This document shows positions 12,301-27,200 of a stretch of DNA of 64,000 nt, one piece after another. The position numbers were made by a program, and so were the translations under genes. Position 1 is the stretch's first letter, and each line of letters starts with the position of its first letter. Source of the stretch: Bugula neritina (Eukaryota; Animalia; Bryozoa); NCBI GenBank assembly GCA_964035545.1, contig OZ037765.1, forward strand, positions 32,611,504-32,675,503, given 5' to 3'. The notes beneath the pieces are model-generated. The model was given only the letters and a program-made list of their open reading frames with translations. It made no database searches and was not told the origin of the DNA.

Positions 12301-15300
12301 AAGAGTAATGTTTATGTCAGCTTTTGAAGTCCTAGAATCACCAGCACAGTCTTTGCTCTGTTGCAGAATAAAGAGCATACAACTCCAACAACATCCCAAT
12401 TGAACATAATTATTATTTATCATTTATAAGAAATTACTGTATAACTTAAGTATTGCCGCTAGTAGGTAGTAATTTTGAAACTTGGTGCCGTGTTTCCTGT
12501 TAGGAAAACAAAAAAATTATCTAATTTACGCAGCATTGTAGATTTCTGAAACAAAATGCACTTTTTGGTTGGTTAAAAATTTTTTTTTTCTTGATGTAAT
12601 TTGAACTTCATATTCAAAGGTTCTAGTTTGATGTAAAATTTAAAAAAAGCGCCTAAAACATTATGCTTGTAATTCAAGCTTAAAAACAGCTATTTATGCA
12701 AGCTTTGCATTTCATGAGAACACAATACTCAAAGCTTGCTATAAAAATATTATTATTCAAAAGTATTCATAGTAGTGATAATAGACAAATCAAAGCCAAA
12801 ACTAAGAGTTATCTTTCTAAAGTTATTTTTAGTAAATCTATAATTATAAGTGTTTGTGACAAAATTCTTCTAATGCCAATGTCAATGTAACAAATATGTA
12901 TAATATCCAATCCAGCACATCTGTTGTGATTATATATATTTACTCCGATTACTATAGTAATCAGAGTAAACGAATGATTTGATGTAGTTTAAAGAATAAG
13001 TGAAGTTTTATCAAAATTCTTAGCATTGCATGACTGTGACTTAAGCTTGTGTTTCAAATTCGGCTTTGAAAGGATACAGCTGACCCAAGCCAGCAGCACC
13101 CCTTAAAATATCTCCTATCATTTTATTAGTCATTTCATCTACTTCATTACCAGCGGTAATGCTTTGTTTTTGTAGTTTTGAGTGCAGCATGTATACTCCA
13201 CCCAACAACTCAGTGAGAAGCTCCAAAACATGCCAAAAACTAGCAGTATCAGTTTAACCTCGCATAAAATTATGACTTTATATGCATGTTTAACAAATTG
13301 TCTAGATTTAGGTTGTTTCCATGGTTACATACAGTAATACAGTCTAATGGGTGCAGCTAGAGTTACTCTAATATAATTAGGAAGATATTTTTTGCAGTGT
13401 TTTGAAATCAAAGGTTGAAACTTGGCTATTAAGCTGAAAAAGTAAAAAATGCTTTATATTTGTTTATATATGTAAAAACGGAGACTGAATAAAAAACAAA
13501 AACTGGAAAAATTCATAGTAGATTGAAGCTGGCCCTTTCACTCTTTCATAGTTCATGTAAACGCAGCAATTAAATCTCAACACAGTCATTGATGATGTCA
13601 TGAAGGTCATAGGCCAAAGTCCCTCTTGTACTTTTTCAATGCCCAGCAGTGCTTTTGAAGCAAAAATTCACTAACATCTAATAATTTGGAAAAAATCATG
13701 ATAGTAAGCGTGAGTTTGGTTTTGTAACTAAGTTGGATGGATGCTTCACTCTCCTTTCCTCTTTATTAAATAGCAGCAAACTTTCAGTAAGCTGTCCAAT
13801 GATGTACAGCTAGGAAGGTAAAAATTATTTCTGAAAGCATTTGTTTCATTTTTTCACTCATTATTAACCTCTAATAATTTCTAAATTAGCATAAATTACT
13901 TTTCAAGTGTTTCTAGAAAGTAAATTGAAGCCTAAATTGCTATTATATAGCTATTAAAGAGCTAAAACAGCAAAAACAGTAGAAACACCTTGCCATTACC
14001 TACGGTCAGTTTGAGTAGCTGCACCAACCATATGCAGCAATACAAGTGGGAGTGATAATTAAGTGCAGCGCAGTAGTAATTGTTATGTTATTAAATTTAT
14101 TATTTATTAATTTGGTGGTAATTGATAACTATGCTAATTTTGACCTAACTCTGATGATCTAAAATCCAACAGTTTGGCTTTTGGGTGTACCTAGCTAATG
14201 CACCATGTAGCAATGTCTACAATTCATTATATTTCTACGTGTACGGTAATAACTGCATGTGATATAAATGACTGGAACCAAAAATATGGTTCTAGAATGT
14301 TCTATTTATGAGTTGGCAAAGTTTTGAATCTAAAAGTAACAATTAATTCATAAAACTACCAAAAAACAAACGCTTTAGTATATTAGTGTTGTTTTTTATT
14401 ACTTCCAGATTCTTACAAATAAATACAGCATGAAAAGTTGTCCACCTAAAATTGAATTCAATTGTGTATAAATCCCAAATCAATAATAGGAAACATAGCT
14501 TATAGACTGAGTGAAACCGTTGCAATAACTTAGTCTCAAGTAAAATTGCTACAGGTACAATTGACTTCTTCCGGTAAACATGGCAAACGTTGTCTTTTTA
14601 CAAGTCAGTTACTATTAAGGTAGCATATGCAACAGGGCTTTTGCTGCAGCTTTCTTTAGAAAATTTACCAAGTTGTATCAACATTGTTACAGAATTCTAA
14701 TTAGTTAGACAAAAAGCTGAAAAGGAATTTCTAAGGTAGAATTGGTTTTAGTATCAAAATAAAAGTAGAATTTATCAAGAAAGATGCTGTCCACCTCAAT
14801 CTAAGAATAATCAGTTGGGTTGATTGACAGGAGCAAAGTAATAAATTAGTATTCTGATTTTATAATTAGTCATATTAGCATAACTTACAGACTATTAGAA
14901 TAAATAATTATGATGAAAACCAACTGCTAGGTGAACCCTAGTTTTACAAATCCTGGCAATTAACCTTTATGCTATTTAAAGCACAGAATTTTATAATATT
15001 TAGTGAAAACTGATACAATTAGCTATTTTCAATATATTATAGTATGTTATGCATATATATTTATGTATTTAATTCAAGTTATATGCAATATGTTGTCCTA
15101 ATTTAGTTTATTAAACTTTAGTGATTTTACAACATATAATTTGCAGCCGAAAATCTTAAAATCCACTAGACTTATAAACAACTATTATTAAAATAATAAT
15201 AATTAATTGTTGAGGAATATTAAAATAATTAAACTCTCATAAATTCTATAACAAGGGCATTGATCATTTCTAAACATTGACTGACACGCAAGATGTGTAA

Positions 15301-18300
15301 AAAGATAACTCAATTTAAGAAATTGTGTGGTTTATGCACATTTCTTATAATTTTAAATCGCTGAGTTGGTAGAGTTGGGTGTGAACTTATGGTAATACAG
15401 TGTTTGGTGTTGACCAAAATTTATACATGCCTATGAAAATACTCTGACAGTAATTTTAATGATCTTAGCTACTGCCTACTAGAGTAAAGCACAGGGCAAC
15501 CCTATAAATAATGCATGACACGTAAAATGACACAGTCAAAGCTGGAATTTCGCTAAAGCTGGTGTGGCCTGCTCGAGGGTTAAGAAGCTAACATAGTTGC
15601 TACTAATTTGACTTGCAAAATCAAGAGTTTCATGCGCCCATCTCTGTGCCAGTTCTTCACATCTACTAATTTAGACTTAAAGTAGATGCGAAAATAATTA
15701 TAGCTACGATAATGGCAAATTACTTTCTAATGCAATAGATTACGCAATAAATTAGTAATTTTTGAAATAATTTACATGCAAAACTGCAATTATAACTATG
15801 CTTGCGATGGCAAGCTGATCAATAAGACCCTGCTATGCAAATATAACTAGGTCTACAGTTCAGCTTTGTTCAAAATTGAGAAAAAACTCCTCCGCACAGG
15901 TATAAAAAGGCCTAATCACCCCAATTTATTACAAAAGTGCAAAACAAAATGCTTTTTAATATAATGTGTTGGTGCAATTTTTATACAATTTTATTGCATG
16001 AATAATCAGCAACAATTATTATTTTAATCTAGTTGAAGAGTATAAGCCAAGCAGAGATAAATAACCAGACAACAACTTTCTAAAAGTAATTAATTTAGCC
16101 CAGGTAAAAGTTAATTATTTTTGTTTGACCCCTGCTCAAGTATAATATAAAGTCAAATGAGTATGTAGAAAGTAAAAACTTTCATATTGTTCCAATGCAA
16201 AATGCGTGTAATTTTTGAAACAGTTGATTTAAAATGATAACATAGAATTGATCAGTGCTGAGAGCTCAAAGGTGCATAAATTAATTGGTAATATAGCCAC
16301 ATAATAGTATTATTAGAATCATAAGGCAATACTACATTAGTATAAATGTTTGTATGACAAGTAGCCCAAGATATCTAAAAATAGCTACAACTATAATTAT
16401 ATTTACAAATCTACCTTTATAATGCAAGTATAAACAATCATAGTATTTTACATAATTGTGTTGTTAGTTACCATAGCAACTGAATATTATTTATAAGCAA
16501 TTAATAGACTAAACTAGCCTATCTAAATGCACTAAATCCTTCATTAATGTTTAGAACATATAAGAATGGGAGTTTATTGGACAAAATTAATGACTCAGTC
16601 CTCATCTAAACAACAAAAGGTAATGTAATCAGTTACTAAAATACAACAGTTAGTGCAAATACAAGGTGTATTAGCAACAAAGACCCAACGCCCAAGACAT
16701 AGATCTTAATCTAACATGACAATTACACAATATGGCACACCTAACATCACCACAGCTTCCCTTTAACTAGTTTGGTAACAGGTTCCGATCACTCTGTAGG
16801 AAAAGGAGTGGCTATGAAATGCATAAGTGTGAAATACTAAAAGCCAAGTTTTTTAGAACAAACCAGAAACACCGCCATCTTGATGATGACTAATGGCTGC
16901 CAGAGTCATGCTGACAAAACGCTGACTTGTTAACTAGTCTACTGGACGTGCACGCAATGAGTTCCGCCTGCCTCCATGTTTAAAATTAGAAAGCACAGCC
17001 AGCACAAAATTGACCGCACATATCCCTCATCCATGTTGTTTACAGTGCAATCCTTTTAAGAGCCCGTATTTCTGGCTTTATTTAGCATGTCAATAATAAT
17101 TAATTTCTACTTCAAATCTACTGTGTAGTTAGTTGATTTCAGCTTATGACTACTGCACGAATCATTTTCAAAATTGCCAAACAGCAGGAAAAATAGCAAC
17201 AGCCTGCGACCCTTATCTCACCAAAAATTGCATATTTGCTGCAGTTACTTTGATATATAAACTCAATAACCAGTTGTTGAAATTAAAGCAAGAGAAATGT
17301 AATAGCTGATGAGATTTATAAATAAAAAAGTTAAACCATAATTTGAAGAAGTGATAAATGTTTTTAATTCAGTTTTGTAACTGGTGTAAGCCTATAAAAT
17401 ATAATTTATAGGTTTAGTATTTATATGCTATGTAACAGACACACAGACAGACACTATACTATAACAAGAAGGCAGCAATGGAAAGCCACTATTTACAAAA
17501 TTAGCAAGACACAGAAGAGCAACATATTATTTTCAAAAAGCTCTTTGAGAAAAAAAGCTTTCAACAAAAAATTACAAAAATCTCACTAATAAAACATTTT
17601 AGTTTTTACTAGAATTCATTTTTGTTACATTCTAACCAGAAAAGTATCCATGGATGTTCATAGCTTGACTTTGTTGACGTGCTGCACTTTTCATCTCAAT
17701 GCTTCAGTTTGTTGGCTATACATAGCATAAGCTGTTATATTAAATTATGTAGACAAAGAATAGTTAAAAACTGTTTGTATATTTTTAAGATTATTGTTAT
17801 CAGATGTGCGTATCTATACAAATTATTACTTGCTATAGAGACAACTATATTACTCTATTGACACTGTTGAATACTTTGTGGGTATGTAGATTTTATGTTT
17901 TACTGTTATTTTTAAGTCTAAATATCTGCTGTTTGTAAGCCCTCATCTGCTCATTATTTTAGTGTCAGTGTTATTGTTGAACTGGCTGCCTGTTATCATG
18001 GAAACAGTAGATGCTGGTACACAAACAGCTGGGTGTTTGTTGGAACATGGGAGTCAGAGATTCTATGTTCATGAAAAAAACATGAAGTTTAAACTCATTT
18101 TCTTAGAATAAAGTTTTCCTACTTACTGTGCCTTTGTTTCCATTCTATGCTGGTCATTTATTTAGCCCAGCACACAATCTATTAATCTTAACATCAGCAT
18201 AATTAGTACCATTTAGTAACAGCTAAATCATTTCTGGGGCAGTGACAGTTTACATGTCATTAGATAGCAACATATAATTTAGGGAAATAATTTACCAACC

Positions 18301-18988
18301 ACCCTGAGCCTTAGAAACTGGCTGAACAGTTTGAGTGGTTTCCCAGCCTTTACTAGTAGCATAATACAGGTGGAACCAAGGCTTGGGTGTTTCTTTAAAC
18401 TAGTAAAAATAATGCAAATGAGAAATTACATCATATCTTAGGTGGAATATACACAAAGAACCCCATTATGATTCATTATCAGAAAAACTATTACTGCTCT
18501 TGTTGGGTAAAGTCTATCGATTAAAATTATTCAGAGAGATTAAGTAATGCAGTATTTGTGTTTATTTTTATTTTAAAGCAATTCCAGAAATTTTTTTATA
18601 ACGATTATTAAAGAATAAAACATAAATATGTAATTTGTAAAATAATCAAGTAAAGTAACAAGTAAATGATTTTTAATTTCCCATTTTTTTGTGTTTAAAT
18701 TTCTATAGCACCATTATAGAATGTACTAAAGTTGAACTAGTTTTTGCTGTGTTATTGTTTATATTTGATTGACCATGTTACCAGAAAACAGCCTCTTGAT
18801 GAGTGGGCAGATGTAAAACAAAAAACCAATTAGTACACTAATTTATACAATGATACTGGGTAATTACATCTTGCGACCCATGCAGTTACTACTTAGCTCT
18901 AGGTGTGTCACGCATACATCATACTAGAGTATACACTGTGGCATAGGAGCACCTCCCCAGTACGTCAGATAATGTTTATAGTTGCCAA

Positions 18989-19017
18989 CACCCATCTATG
19001 AGTAAAGGAAATAAAAG
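18989..19017 (+). promoter_or_regulatory. Putative core promoter of gene C (CACCC box plus TATA-like ATAAAAG)
   Basis: cacccat at 18989; ataaaag at 19011, 60 nt before the ATG; same layout in genes D and E. Confidence 0.55.
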
Positions 19018-19070
19018 AGGAAGCACATATCCAGGTCAAACAGACACTGCTTGACCTGGTGCGAAACAAC

Positions 19071-22000
19071 ATGAACATTCTAGTTGTTGCTCTGACTTGC
19101 TTTGTAGCACTGGCTGCTGCCGCACCTACGAGTTTGCTGCCGGCTTGTGATACCTACGGAGGTAAATGTAGCCTCAGTACCAGAGCTACCAGCAGGGGGC
19201 TGCCTCCACCACTAGTGCCCCTAGAAGGTGAGTAAATAAATAGCCAACTAGAGTTGTTTTATTTATCAGCATTTTATATATTTTTACTGTTTCACTTTAT
19301 TAATTTATTTTTTTTAATGCTTATATCACTCATAAAAATTAAAAGAATTCAATCTTGAGTCAATCTTTGCAAAACATTTTTAAAAATTTAGGTAAGTTTA
19401 TTTGAACAAAGATGTTTTTTACAATTAGCATTGCTTTACTTTTTAGAACAATTATCTTACAACCATTTTACTGTGTGTGAGCATGATCTACAGAATTATA
19501 CATTACTTACATAATTTCTTTTCAGAAAAGCATAAAATATACTTAAAAATGTAACATTTTATTACTTTTTATGCTATCTAGAACTAAAATATAAATGTTA
19601 ATTTCAGCTTTTTACTTACAAGTACATTTTAATTTCATAAACCTTTTGCAATTTAAATAAAAATATATTGAGGAATAGTAACAGTTTTTTAACAAGCTAA
19701 TAAAATGTGGTAACATATTATTTTCTATAAAATTCTAATATATAAAATAAGTCAAGTAACAGTATTACAATTTCCACATTACGGCATGTTTGTTTGCTAT
19801 AATTTTGTTTAAAATCTGCCTTTCTTACTTCCATATATCAGCAAAGCCTGTTACACAATACTAAAAAGTTTTGCAGCAAACAAATTTGCAAGAAGTAAAA
19901 AACTTTTAATACTTTTAAGCTGATGACTCGGCAAGTAAAGAAGCAGACGTCAGTGCAGATGATGACAGCAAACAAGATAAACTAGACAGTGCAGATGCTA
20001 GCACTGGCGACAGCACTGGGGACAGCCAAGCAGAAGACGGTGCTGATGATGGAAGTCAGGGCTCTGAAGCTGATGATAGTAAAAACAACAGCAATGAAGA
20101 TAAGAGTGAAGGAGACGATGATAAAGACAGTGGAATTGGCGGCAGCAATGAGCATGGAGCAGACGATGGTGACAGCAAGGAGGATAGCAAAGGTCATAGT
20201 GGTGCAGATGATAGTTATGGTGACAGTGGTGAAGGTGACAGTTTTGGTGCTAGCAATGAACTAGGCAGCAAAGATACTGATGACGTAAGTGGCAGCAAAG
20301 ATACTGATGACGTAAGTGACAGCAAAGATACTGATGACGTAAGTGGCAGCAAAGATACTGATGATGTAAGTGGCAGCAAAGATACTGATGACGTAAACGA
20401 CAGCAAAGATATCGATGACGTGAGTGGCAGCAAAGATATTGATGACGTAAGTGGCAGCAAAGATATTGATGACACAAGCGACAGCAAAGACTTGGATGGC
20501 GAAGGGGGCAGCAACAGTGCAAGTAAAGAAGATGACGGTATTGCTGATTTTGTGGCTGCCAAAGAATACAATGGACACAGAGGTGAAAGTGCTGGCCATG
20601 GTGTTGTTAGAGGAAGCAGCAATGGCATTGGTGTTGATGATGATGTCATTGGTGTGCATGATGATGTCATTGGTGCTCATGACGCTGTTGCTGGAAATTC
20701 GAGAGAGGGTGGAGTTGAAAAAGGTCATGATGACATAGATGATGACAATGGGAGATTCGGTGAAGGAGCTGATGGTGTAGATAATCATGATGATGACTTG
20801 GCTATTCATGGTGAGTTCATCAATGATAACGATGACCTTGATGCTGGTGATGACAAGAACACTGCCGATACGAATGACGATGACGATGACCTACAACATA
20901 ACATTGTCAGCACTCATGGCCATGATGACAGTGCTGGAGACATCAATGATGGCAACAATGTCAGAGGTGAAAGCGCTTTCACTGTCAACGAAGACCATGC
21001 AATAGTCAAAGGCCATGATCGTGGCCAAGACAGGAACAGCCACATTCGAGGGCAAATCATCAAAAGCACCAGCTCTAAAGCCTACGGGCAAGACTTTGCG
21101 AGTGATGTCAGTAATAGTGAGGACAAGAGTGCACGTAGCCAAGACCAGAGCGACGGAACCAGTAGCAGTATTCATCACAAGGGAAACAGTTACTACAATG
21201 GTGGAGGTCACGACAGTAGCAGTGGTTATGCAACAAGTGGCAGTGACAGCAAAGAAAGTGGCAGCAGCGAAGGTGCTAGTGATAGTGGTCATAGTGATAG
21301 CAGCAGTGAAAATGGAAATATGATCTACGGAGACTTGAGCAGTGACTCAAGCAGTGATAGTGGAGATGATAGCAGCAGTAGTGGCAGCAATAGTGGAAGT
21401 AGCGATAGTGACAGCAACAAGGGTGACAGCAACAATATTGACAGCCATGATGGCGACAGTAACAGCAAGGGTGACAGCAGCAATGATGGTGACAGCAAAA
21501 ACAAGGGTGCTAGTATCTATGGCGATAAAAGCAGCAATGAGGGTGACAGCAGTAATGGTGATGACAACAGCAATGATGGTGACAGCAGCAACGGAAGTGA
21601 TAGCAGCAGTGATGGTGACAGCCATGATGGTGACAGCAGCAATAAGGGTGACAGCAGCAGCAACGGTGACAACAGCCATGGTGGTGGTAGTGACAGCAAT
21701 GATGACGATAGTGCTGACAGCAATGAAGGTGACAGCAGTGAGGATGATGACAAGAAAAAAGGAGCTCAACACAAGCAAGGTAATTTTTTCAATTTAACAA
21801 TAATCTATTTAAAATTCTATATTGTCAAACATAATATATTTTAGTGTTTTAGCAGAGCATCGATTAATTTAAAATTAATAATTTTTTTTATTATTTTTAT
21901 GCAAATTATGCATTTGCAATTCAAATTTTAGACAAAGCTGTGAAAGGAATCAAGCAAGTATATGGCCTGTCGATGAATGATCCAACTCTGTCAAAGATCT

Positions 22001-22113
22001 TGGATGAGTCGGGAGTGGGCAACCTCCAGCACCTTTATGGGTCAGCCGGCAGCATTCCTACGGGACTTTGCTCTCTCCTAGTGACAACTGCTGTTGCTTT
22101 GTTTGTTTTATAG
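19071..22113 (+). CDS. Secreted Asp/Ser/Gly-rich (DSPP-like composition) acidic protein with GPI-type signal (cluster gene C, ~732 aa, 3 exons)
   Basis: Exons 19071-19227 (MNILVVALTCFVALAAAAPTSLLPACDTYGGKCS..., missed by the ORF track), 19920-21779, 21932-22113; phase-1 introns; total 2199 nt. SGSKDTDDV repeats and a DSS/GDSS-rich tail. C-terminus ...DPTLSKILDESGVGNLQHLYGSAGSIPTGLCSLLVTTAVALFVL*. Confidence 0.88.
20264..20490 (+). repeat. Coding 27-bp tandem repeat (SGSKDTDDV, ~8 copies)
   Basis: ggcagcaaagatactgatgacgtaagt repeated within gene C exon 2. Confidence 0.9.
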
Positions 22114-24129
22114 TTGAGGTTATATCAGTTGTTTTGCTCGAGAGAAGCTGAAGATGTTATAGCTACATGTAATATCACAAGTTAATGTATACTTAGACTT
22201 TCATGTTAATTGCATGACAAATCTTTTGGCGTTTTTGTTGCGGATACTTATGTTCAGTTTGCCAAACAGCAAACTCTGGTGCATAATTCATTACTCCAAG
22301 TAGGTTCTTGTACTAAGTTTTTACCTTTTTTTCTGTTTTTACATTTTTTTTCAACTGCTTATACTTTTACTTGCACTTGTCATTACTGTATGCATAATGA
22401 TATTAATTTTAAATAAAAAGGGAACATTTGTAGTTTATATATAATTTTACTAGTTTTATATGCTCATTATTTTCATGCAAATTTATCAAAGCAAAATAAA
22501 AATTATTTTGAAACCAGTACAGGTTATTAAAACTACCAGAAAAGCATTTAAAAATAGCTCATGGGTAGACAATTTCAGAAATGAACACAATTAACGTTAA
22601 AGTATCAAGAAATAAATTGATAACAACAAAACTGAAGTATTTCAGTTATTTACCCAAAGATAAAATAATTTGATAAACACTTCAATTTTAGGATATAGGT
22701 AAAGTTTTTTTTATGAATTTATCTATAAAGAAAGAGTAAATAGTATTCCGGTTAGACTAATATACAAGTCTCTAAACAGTAGGGCAACAGAGTGTTCTAG
22801 TTAGACTGTCATACAAGTCTATATAGGGGATACAGGGTATGCTGGGCGGTAACTTCACATCACTAGGCCGTGGCTGAGTTCTCTCTGGGTGTGACTTGTG
22901 AGTCATATTGAGCTGCCAGAATATTCTTAAATACAGTATAATATATGCTGCATTATATGAATAGTAAATAACTTAAACAGACAGTGTGGAATTCGCGTTG
23001 TTTGAAAGTATAGAATATATTCATTCAGCTAATTATATATTCAACTTGTATCTATAGATTTAAAAACATTTGCATGTTGTACTCCTATAGCAGAAGTTGT
23101 ATTAGTAATCGACAATTTGTAGTAGCACCCACAATAAAATATTTTAAATCAAATACATGTATTTGCAACACAAGTACAATGGGCAAATTTGAGATATTAT
23201 CGTCTCATGAAAAATTTTATTTTTCTTCAGTCTACATAAATGTGTTTCAAGTAATCACAAAATATTATGGTTAACAGGTTCTAATAGTACAGGTAGAAGT
23301 ATCAGTTGAAAGAATCGCTTTCTATAATTAATATTTCATGAATGAACTTTTTATTACATAGTTACAAGGTATTGATGTGGCCATACATGATTCAAACTAC
23401 AAAACCTACTTTGTTACCATGGTTACTAACTGCAATGAGCAAACTTGTTATATAACATAATATGTATACTGTTACAAATTAATATTTAGGTACTTATGTA
23501 CCTGTCATGACATATCATATTAATTATTATTCTATTGTAATATTATATTGTATTATTTGTTAAAGTGCTTAGCCCATGAAATATTAGTTTTATTAGAAAT
23601 CAATTCTCAAGAGCTCTCTTGCACTAAAAATGTTTTAGAAATTGCAGCAATAAACATGAGTCATATGCACACTGATAAAAATGAATATCAATGAAAATTT
23701 ATTTCATTAATAATTATTTCTGTAAAAAGGCAGTTTAATGTAATGCACCCAACTACATTGTCTTGTCTATTCCACTACTTTGAACAAATAATTATAACTT
23801 TTTAGCTATTGATTATAACGTAATGTAAGTTGCATCATCTCCACATGTTAATGGTGAAGCCAAAAGTGTGGCTACAAAATCTGGCATTTTTTACAATGTT
23901 TAAAAATAGAAATCTAAAGGAGCCAATCAAACAAGACTTTTGACTATTCATCAAAAGAATTAAAAAATTTAGCATCTTCTTGACATAATAAATGACAGTA
24001 CTTAACCCAAAGGAAATGTTGAAGAATAATAATAGTATGTTTGGGGCCCAAAATTTGGGCACGTTTCCAAATGGTACAGGCTCACTTGCACACAGCGCAC
24101 TTGTACCAACTGTATATTAATATGCAAAA

Positions 24130-24180
24130 CATTAGCATATCAAGATCACACCCAACAATGAGAAACTCGTGTGATAAAAG
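24130..24180 (+). promoter_or_regulatory. Putative core promoter of gene D (octamer-like, CACCC, TATA-like)
   Basis: cattagcatat at 24130, cacccaa at 24149, ataaaag at 24174, 60 nt before the ATG. Confidence 0.55.
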
Positions 24181-24233
24181 CATCCAATTGATGCCAAGAC
24201 CTTTAGACTGGCTTTCGACTTTCAACTGTCAAC

Positions 24234-27200
24234 ATGAAGGTATTTCTAGTTGTGCTGCTTTGTGTAATAGCTGCTGTTGCTGCTGCTCCAGTGTGCAACT
24301 CTGGTGAAGGGGACTGTGAAGACAGCAAAGAGAAAACTGAGCTCTCAGGTTTAACTGATCTTGGTAAGTGAAATATAAAGGTTTTTATATATTTGGTAAT
24401 TACATTACTCTGAAATTTAATTTATTATAGAATTTTATTTTGATGAGGGGCTGTGTTGATTTTATAAGAAATTTTATTATTTTTTAACTCTTTTATTTCA
24501 TGAAAATAATTGTAAGATACATTCGCCACAAACATAGAATTCAGAATTTATTTAAAACTAAAAGCCAACAAGCTAGCTACTTTTTTTTAAAATAATTTTA
24601 TATCTACATCTTGTATAAACACACCTTCTGATTATTTACCCCACTAACAGTAGTATACTATGCAGCTGGTAGACTTGAGCTTGATTTACTATTAGTATGC
24701 AGAAAAGGTCATGCACACTATCTTGCACATAATACAAGCTTAAAATATTGCTTAGGAACGGTTCATTCCAAATTATTGTTTGAATAATGTGGTTATAGTA
24801 AAAAATAGTATTAAAGAAGAGATTAGAATAAAAAAATTTATGCAGATCATTTGGATAATTTATAAGTTCTTGTACAAGTATATTATAGCATAAGTTTTTC
24901 TTTTCTTTTTTGATAATATGATTTTTTATTACCTTGATATTTTTTAATCAGCTCCAATTAAAAAAAATTTCTTTTTAATTAGATAATGAATATGATGAAG
25001 CTGAAAGACCTGTAGAGACGGTCAATACACAAACCTACGTCAGACACAACCAAGGTACAACCCTTCAGTATGAAGACGAGCATGACAAAGATCAGGACAC
25101 CGACCTAGACCAAGATGTGGACCAGGACCAAGATACAGACCAGGACAAAGATACAGACCTGGACCAAGATACCCACCTGGACCAAGATACAGACCTGGAC
25201 CAAGATGTAGACCAGGACCAAGATGGGGATGTGGACCAAGATACAGAGCAGGACCAAGATACAGACCAGGACCAAGATGGGGATGTGGACCAAGATACAG
25301 ACCAGGACCAAGATACAGACCTGGACCAAGATACAGACCTGGACCAAGATGTAGACCAGGACCAAGATGGGGATGTGGACCAAGATACAGACCAGGACCA
25401 AGATGTAGACCTGGCCCAAGATACAGACCTGGACCAAAATGTAGACCAGGACCAAGATGGGGATGTGGACCAAGATACAGAGCAGGACCAAGATACAGAC
25501 CTGGACCAAGATACAGACCAGGACCAAGATGGGGATGTGGACCAAGATACAGACCAGGACCAAGATACAGACCTGGACCAAGATACAGACCTGGACCAAG
25601 ATGTAGACCAGGACCAAGATGGGGATGTGGACCAAGATACAGACCAGGACCAAGATGTAGACCTGGCCCAAAATACAGACCTGGACCAAAATGTAGACCA
25701 GGACCAAGATGGGAATGTGGACCAAGATACAGACCAGGACCAAGATACAGACCTGGACCAAGATACAGACCAGGACCAAGATGTAGACCTGGACCAAGAT
25801 ACAGACCTGGACCAAGATACAGACCTGGACCAAGATACAGACCAGGACCAAGATGGGGATGTGGACCAAGATACAGAGCAGGACCAAGATACAGACTTGG
25901 ACCAAGATGTAGACCAGGACCAAGATGGGGATAAATCAAGCATCAAACCTAGTGAGGATGATCATGCAGATGTAAAACCATATGCTAATCATTATGATAA
26001 TGATCTTGATGATAATGAAGACATTGACAATGGAGATCTTGGCAACGATGATCTTGGCAACGATGATCTTGATGATGATGATCAGGTTGATGGTGACAAA
26101 CATACTGATGAAAACGCTGATGATGATAGCACAGAGGCACCAAAACAGTTTAATGGTGGTCATCTTTACAGCTCCAATATATACAACAAAAACCCAACTA
26201 TCGAAAACAGACACTATGCCAAGAATGATGGAGAAGATAGAAACAGCATGGAGAGTCCCATTAAACAAGTCGATGTTCATCAGAGCGAGGAAGATGAGAG
26301 TGCTGATGATAATGAGGGGCCAATCAGTACAGAGAATAACTTTGTTGATGACAATGATGTCAACGAGGATGACAGCACAAATATTGACGCTGACTATAAC
26401 CACGGAGAAAACAACATGGCTGACAGTACTGAAGATGCTACCAGCGCCGAGACTGTTGATACTCAGAGTGAAGAAAGCGCTGAAAACTACAACCATGACA
26501 ACAATGAGAACAATGATGAAAGTGCAGCTGACAGCAAAATTGATGAGAAGAATGACAGCAGAAGCAGTGCAGAAAGAAATGACAACTCTGACAATGATGA
26601 TAACATTGATCAACATCATGACAGCCAATCAGCAGACAGCAGTTTGTATGGACATGGCAGTTATGTTGCTATTGACAACAGTGATAGTGCAGATGATAGT
26701 GAGAGCATAGAAGACACTGATGATAGTGCAGCTGATAGCCAGAACATAGAAAACACCAGTGAGAGTGCTGAAGACAACAAGAACATAGAAGTCAACAGTG
26801 AAAGTGCAGAAGTGCAGAGTGCAGAACACATAGAAGATACTAGTTACAGTGCAGAAAATAGCGAGAGCATAGAAGACAATGTAAATAGTAAGGATAGCAG
26901 TGGTGACAATATCGGAGACAATAGTAACAGCGGTGACAGAGGGGGTGTTAAGGTTATTGGAGACATCAACAGCACAAAAGGCAAAGACAGCGTGGAAGTG
27001 AGAGATGATAGCAAGGCAGATAGTGAGGATAGCAAAGGAGAAAGTGATGGCAGTGAGAGAGACAGTGGCGAGAAGGACAGTGTGGAGGTCAAGGGACACA
27101 GCACAGAGAGCAATGGTGATAGTGGTGATGGAGAGAGCATAGAGGCTAGTAGTGGCAGTGCAGAAAAGAGTGGTAGCAGCATTGAAAAAAGCAGCGTAGA

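Noticed and set aside
9400-18900. Short ORFs and possible hidden cluster member or transposon fragments in the 9.5-kb intergenic region
   Set aside because: No signal exon, acidic exon or terminal-module match found by eye; ORFs lack recognisable homology; repeat fragments cannot be classified without a library.
19982-21797. Numerous overlapping ORFs around gene C exon 2
   Set aside because: Alternative frames of low-complexity coding DNA.
25040-25946. Three antisense ORFs (GPGLYL, SW and VCILV repeats)
   Set aside because: Reverse-frame translations of the (Asp-X)n repeat; no independent splice or signal support.
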